Source of the DNA: a virus
Virus record (IMG/VR): IMGVR_UViG_3300020202_000031
Span: 1 to 44,881 of that record
DNA: 44,881 nucleotides
Direction: 5' to 3' (one strand)
Shown: positions 42,311 to 44,881 of the stretch, piece after piece
How positions within the stretch are numbered: the first letter of the stretch is position 1
Layout of the letters: each line of letters starts with the position of its first letter
Program-made: the position numbers and the translations under genes
The notes under the pieces: model-generated
Seen by the model: the letters and a program-made list of their open reading frames with translations, nothing else
What the model was told of the DNA's origin: nothing
Database searches by the model: none

Positions 42311-42441
42311 TGGATTACGAGTTTCAACTCCCCGTACGACTGTACGGTGCGTCATGAATACGTTAGTCGTGACGCACACTTACACGCACGGCCTCGTGTC
42401 AACATTACGAAACCTGTCCCGATCGCTTTCCCTCTAAATGA

Positions 42442-42488
42442 GATTTCTAATCAGATGGTCGCAGGTTCGAGTCCTGCCGGGCGTGCCA
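42442..42488 (+). other. attP core: 3' half of a tRNA-Arg(UCU)-like gene
   Basis: TTTCTAA (anticodon loop, TCT), TCAGA, TGGTC, GCAGG-TTCGAGT-CCTGC (T arm), CGGGCGT-G-CCA. It parallels the 3' half of E. coli argU as I recall it. No matching 5' acceptor or D arm lies upstream. Confidence 0.6.
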
Positions 42489-42534
42489 CAGAAAACCCAA
42501 TAATATCACTAATTAGAATGTTGGCAAAAGCCAC

Positions 42535-43713
42535 TCAGGCTTTTTCGCTTCGCTTTTTCGTAACTGGTTTATAACTGGTTTTTTTTGAACCAGAACCAGT
42601 TACACGAGATTCGGGTTCGAAGTTCAAACGGTCCGCGTGCTGACGGTAGTAGTCGCTAGAGATCGTTCCGTAGCGTTCCGCCATGCGTGGTGTTGCGTGT
42701 CCCAGCGCACGTTGGATTACAGGCGTCTCAGCGCCCGCCATACGCAAGAACGAGGCGAAGGTATGTCTGAGGCCGTGGAACGTGATCGTCGCGCCTGTGG
42801 CCTTCCTGAAGGCCTTCATGCGGCTATTGAGCTGGTGGTAGCCCATCCCTGTCCCGTCGGTGTGCGAGATGACCCAAGCCTCAGGCGATTTGAAGGGCAT
42901 CCTCTCAAAGTGCGCCTTGAGAAACGCGGAGAGCTTAGCCGGCAGTAACCCTTCGGCGATTGGCCCACCCTTACGACCCTCGACGATCTTGTTACTCCGC
43001 TGGAGCCTGCGCCGGCGCACGAAGATCACTCCCTTATCGAAGTAGACGTCCCGCCGTTGAAGCGCCAACGTTTCCTGCGTCCTCAGCCCGGAGTACACCA
43101 TGAGCATAAACGCCGCGTGCAGCATGTAATCAAAGGTCCGGGCCCCATCGAGAAGCAGCTGCACCTGGCTTCGATCGAGAATCACGTTCTCAAGATCAAA
43201 GGTTTTGATCCGCTCCTCAAAGCCGGAGATGCGGTCGACCGGGTTGACAGTTATCTCGCCCTCTAACAGCAAGTCTTTGAGAAACACACGGACGAGAGCC
43301 AATGCCCGATTGTGCTGGATCTTGCCGGACTTCTCAGCGATCTCATCGAAGATGGGGCGCAGATCTTCTTCGCGCAGGCGAGCGGGCGCGAGGTAACCAA
43401 TCTTCCTATCAAAGAACTTCGTCCAGACACGCCGCTCTTCCTTCACCGCGTCTGGCGACTTAGGGCCCTTTCGCTTCTTGATCTGCGTGCGCCCTAGCCC
43501 CTTCTCCCTGTCCTGCATCCACCGTTCGAAACGGGCCGACGTCGACTCTCGCGTGTTCTCGATTCGAGGGCGCACGACGCCGCCTTGGGAGGCCTTCCTC
43601 TCCATCTTGTGGCGGAGCTTCGCCTCCAAGTATTCGGCTTCGGTATCGAAGTACTTCTGGAACGGCTTACCGTTTAGATCGTGACCTTGAAAACGCCAGT
43701 ACTTGCGTGCCAT
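42535..43713 (-). CDS. int: Tyrosine integrase (phage integrase family, full length)
   Basis: 392 aa with an N-terminal SAM-like/arm-binding region. Catalytic residues: R (LRTQETL), HGLRHTFAS, LGHATP, ERYG. Adjacent to the tRNA-like attP. Confidence 0.85.
   Translation of the reverse strand: MARKYWRFQGHDLNGKPFQKYFDTEAEYLEAKLRHKMERKASQGGVVRPRIENTRESTSARFERWMQDREKGLGRTQIKKRKGPKSPDAVKEERRVWTKFFDRKIGYLAPARLREEDLRPIFDEIAEKSGKIQHNRALALVRVFLKDLLLEGEITVNPVDRISGFEERIKTFDLENVILDRSQVQLLLDGARTFDYMLHAAFMLMVYSGLRTQETLALQRRDVYFDKGVIFVRRRRLQRSNKIVEGRKGGPIAEGLLPAKLSAFLKAHFERMPFKSPEAWVISHTDGTGMGYHQLNSRMKAFRKATGATITFHGLRHTFASFLRMAGAETPVIQRALGHATPRMAERYGTISSDYYRQHADRLNFEPESRVTGSGSKKTSYKPVTKKRSEKA
42559..42606 (+). 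repeat. attP arm repeat E2 (GTAACTGGTTTATAACTGGTTTTTTTTGAACCAGAACCAGTTAC)
   Basis: Direct repeat of E1. It lies within the last 24 codons of the integrase gene on the opposite strand. Confidence 0.6.
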
Positions 43714-44032
43714 GCACCGGGCGGCTTAGTAGCCAGCGCTCGACCGAGTCAATCGTAGCCTTCCTACGCTTACCCACCCAGTAGGTAGGAATTTCGCCCG
43801 ACTGAAACGCCTCGCGCACGACATCGACCGAAACGTCGCCAATATGTGCGGCGATCGTCGGTGCGCTGTAGAGCTTAGTAGCAGTCTCAAGCGTTAGCTG
43901 ACTTGCCCTGCGGCCATGCGACTGAAGGCGCTTAGGCTTGCTAGCGCGGCGGAGCTTTCGATCTTCGGCCTCCCGCTCCTCGCGCTCGACTTGTTCTGGT
44001 GATTTGTCCCACGGAATTACCCTTTCCCCCAT
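43667..44032 (-). CDS. xis: Excisionase-type HTH_17 protein
   Basis: LTLETATKLYSAPTIAAHIGDVSVDVVREAFQSGEIPTYWVGKRRKATIDSVERWL fits the MerR-like excisionase HTH. Directly upstream of int. The start codon abuts a TTACTCAAGTA motif. Confidence 0.6.
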   Translation of the reverse strand: MGERVIPWDKSPEQVEREEREAEDRKLRRASKPKRLQSHGRRASQLTLETATKLYSAPTIAAHIGDVSVDVVREAFQSGEIPTYWVGKRRKATIDSVERWLLSRPVHGTQVLAFSRSRSKR

Positions 44033-44067
44033 ACTTGAGTAACACTCGTGTAGTTACGCGCCGCTCG

Positions 44068-44475
44068 TCAAGCAGGCGATTTACGAATTTGCAGTTTGAA
44101 ACTGTGACTGACCCACTTCGCCACGAGCTCGCAAAGCACCTCTTCGGTGTCGCTCGACCATGACTCCATCTGCCTGAGTCCCGCCTCGGAGATCTCGGCG
44201 TGCATCAGCTCGTGGAGGAGCGTCTCCGGGATGTCCGCTTCGTTCGACGCGTCGATGTAGATCTCGTGCTCGCCTGGGCAGCAGAGGCCAGCGACAGGCT
44301 TGCCTTGAAACTCGATCGCTGAGCAGTACTTAAGCTCATAGTCCTTGCGGCTGACACGGACTCGATGTCCGTAACGCTGACGCAAGACTTTGAGTCGCTT
44401 GGGTTCAATCTCACGGTAGCGAAGCTCGCCAGACCCACGAGCATTTTTGGTAAATGGCCCAGCAGATCGCCCCAT
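44068..44475 (-). CDS. HEXXH zinc-metalloprotease-like protein (ImmA/IrrE- or SprT-like)
   Basis: EIYIDASNEADIPETLLHELMHAE carries HEXXH. SD aaggggg lies 8 nt upstream of the ATG. Confidence 0.55.
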   Translation of the reverse strand: MGRSAGPFTKNARGSGELRYREIEPKRLKVLRQRYGHRVRVSRKDYELKYCSAIEFQGKPVAGLCCPGEHEIYIDASNEADIPETLLHELMHAEISEAGLRQMESWSSDTEEVLCELVAKWVSHSFKLQIRKSPA

Positions 44476-44786
44476 GAGAGAACCCCCTTGATTGAGTTAC
44501 ATACTGCGCACGATGGTACGCAGTTCCCCCGGACGTATCCCCGTTGGTTATTAATTCTATCAAGACCGTGGACCTTTAGGTCGTTAGATTTTGCGTTCTG
44601 GAGCCGATATATATGTGATAGCGGCCTTGACGGCTCAGCACCGCAAAAGAAGCAAGGCCGAGTCACCAGATCAATGAACTCGCCAGTCTCAAGCTCAAAC
44701 GGGATCCCTCGCCCTCGGGCATCGTGTCCGGCTTTGTAATGGTGCTGGCGCGGCAGGCCGCGAAGCTGTTCTTCAGGCCTCTGCAA
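44205..44786 (-). CDS. HNH-type zinc-finger nuclease-like protein (3' end doubtful)
   Basis: Residues 1-101 carry CFFCG...GLDRINNQRGYVRGNCVPSCAVCNSIKG. The remaining ~90 aa are S/T/R/A low-complexity read out of frame across the HEXXH gene (271-nt overlap). Confidence 0.5.
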   Translation of the reverse strand: MQRPEEQLRGLPRQHHYKAGHDARGRGIPFELETGEFIDLVTRPCFFCGAEPSRPLSHIYRLQNAKSNDLKVHGLDRINNQRGYVRGNCVPSCAVCNSIKGVLSWGDLLGHLPKMLVGLASFATVRLNPSDSKSCVSVTDIESVSAARTMSLSTAQRSSFKASLSLASAAQASTRSTSTRRTKRTSRRRSSTS

Positions 44787-44881
44787 GCGCTCGGCTCCGC
44801 ATGATGGCTCTGTACTGCTCCAGCGTCATCTCGGGCCTGCGTTCTTCGAAGGACTCAACTTGTTCAACGGCGATTTCGCAC
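44755..44881. repeat. Terminal overlap, copy 2 (identical to 1-127)
   Basis: Exact 127-bp match to the window start. Confidence 0.95.

Larger units (their letters stand above)
1..44881. mobile_element. Complete temperate tailed-phage genome (podovirus-like gene set), circularly closed contig
   Basis: The window contains integrase, excisionase and attP, a replication/recombination module, terminase, portal, scaffold, capsid, fibres and an endolysin. The ends overlap exactly by 127 bp. Confidence 0.85.

Noticed and set aside
42384-42488. A possible complete tRNA, with ACGCACG at 42384-42390 as the 5' acceptor strand.
   Set aside because: Only 6/7 acceptor pairs form, the span would be 105 nt, and no D arm or paired anticodon stem can be drawn (TGAGA versus TCAGA pairs 3/5). 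It is interpreted as a 3'-half attP core only.

Overview
The window is one complete, circularly closed genome of a temperate tailed phage. The first 127 bp are repeated exactly at 44755-44881, so the unique length is 44,754 bp. GC looks mid-50s % by eye. Shine-Dalgarno sites are strong and genes are tightly packed, often coupled by ATGA or GTGA overlaps.

Layout:
(i) A leftward early operon starts at a divergent control region (4978-5069) and runs across the contig junction. It carries a Cro-like HTH, a Sak4-type ATPase, a DUF669 SSB-like protein, an SF2 helicase, VRR-NUC, an AP2/HNH-like protein, a YqaJ exonuclease, an 82-aa ORF, an HNH protein, a HEXXH protease, Xis and Int. It ends at an attP that carries the 3' half of a tRNA-Arg(UCU)-like gene between two arm-type repeats.
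(ii) A rightward primase-polymerase/helicase gene.
(iii) A second leftward mini-operon with a 188-aa (FimB/FimE-sized) tyrosine recombinase.
(iv) A 0.77-kb noncoding, palindrome-rich region.
(v) A rightward accessory module: a Fis-type HTH, a micropeptide and two exported right-handed beta-helix proteins.
(vi) About 14 tiny translationally coupled genes that look like host-takeover or anti-defence candidates.
(vii) A lone leftward HTH gene.
(viii) A late operon: compact EEP enzyme, amidase endolysin, DUF3310, TerS/TerL, portal, scaffold, capsid, two fibre proteins, a permuted NlpC/P60, large tail and ejection-type proteins. No tail tube, sheath or tape-measure gene is recognisable, so the virion looks podovirus-like.

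No rRNA, intact tRNA or CRISPR array was seen.

The best candidates for something new are:
- the exported, non-virion beta-helix module with its own regulator;
- the second minimal recombinase next to the long noncoding region;
- a dispersed TACT-N2-AGTA palindromic motif that sits against SD-less start codons;
- the HEXXH-Xis-Int arrangement in a genome with no CI-type repressor.

All domain calls come from motif recognition by eye and need an HMM or structure search to confirm.
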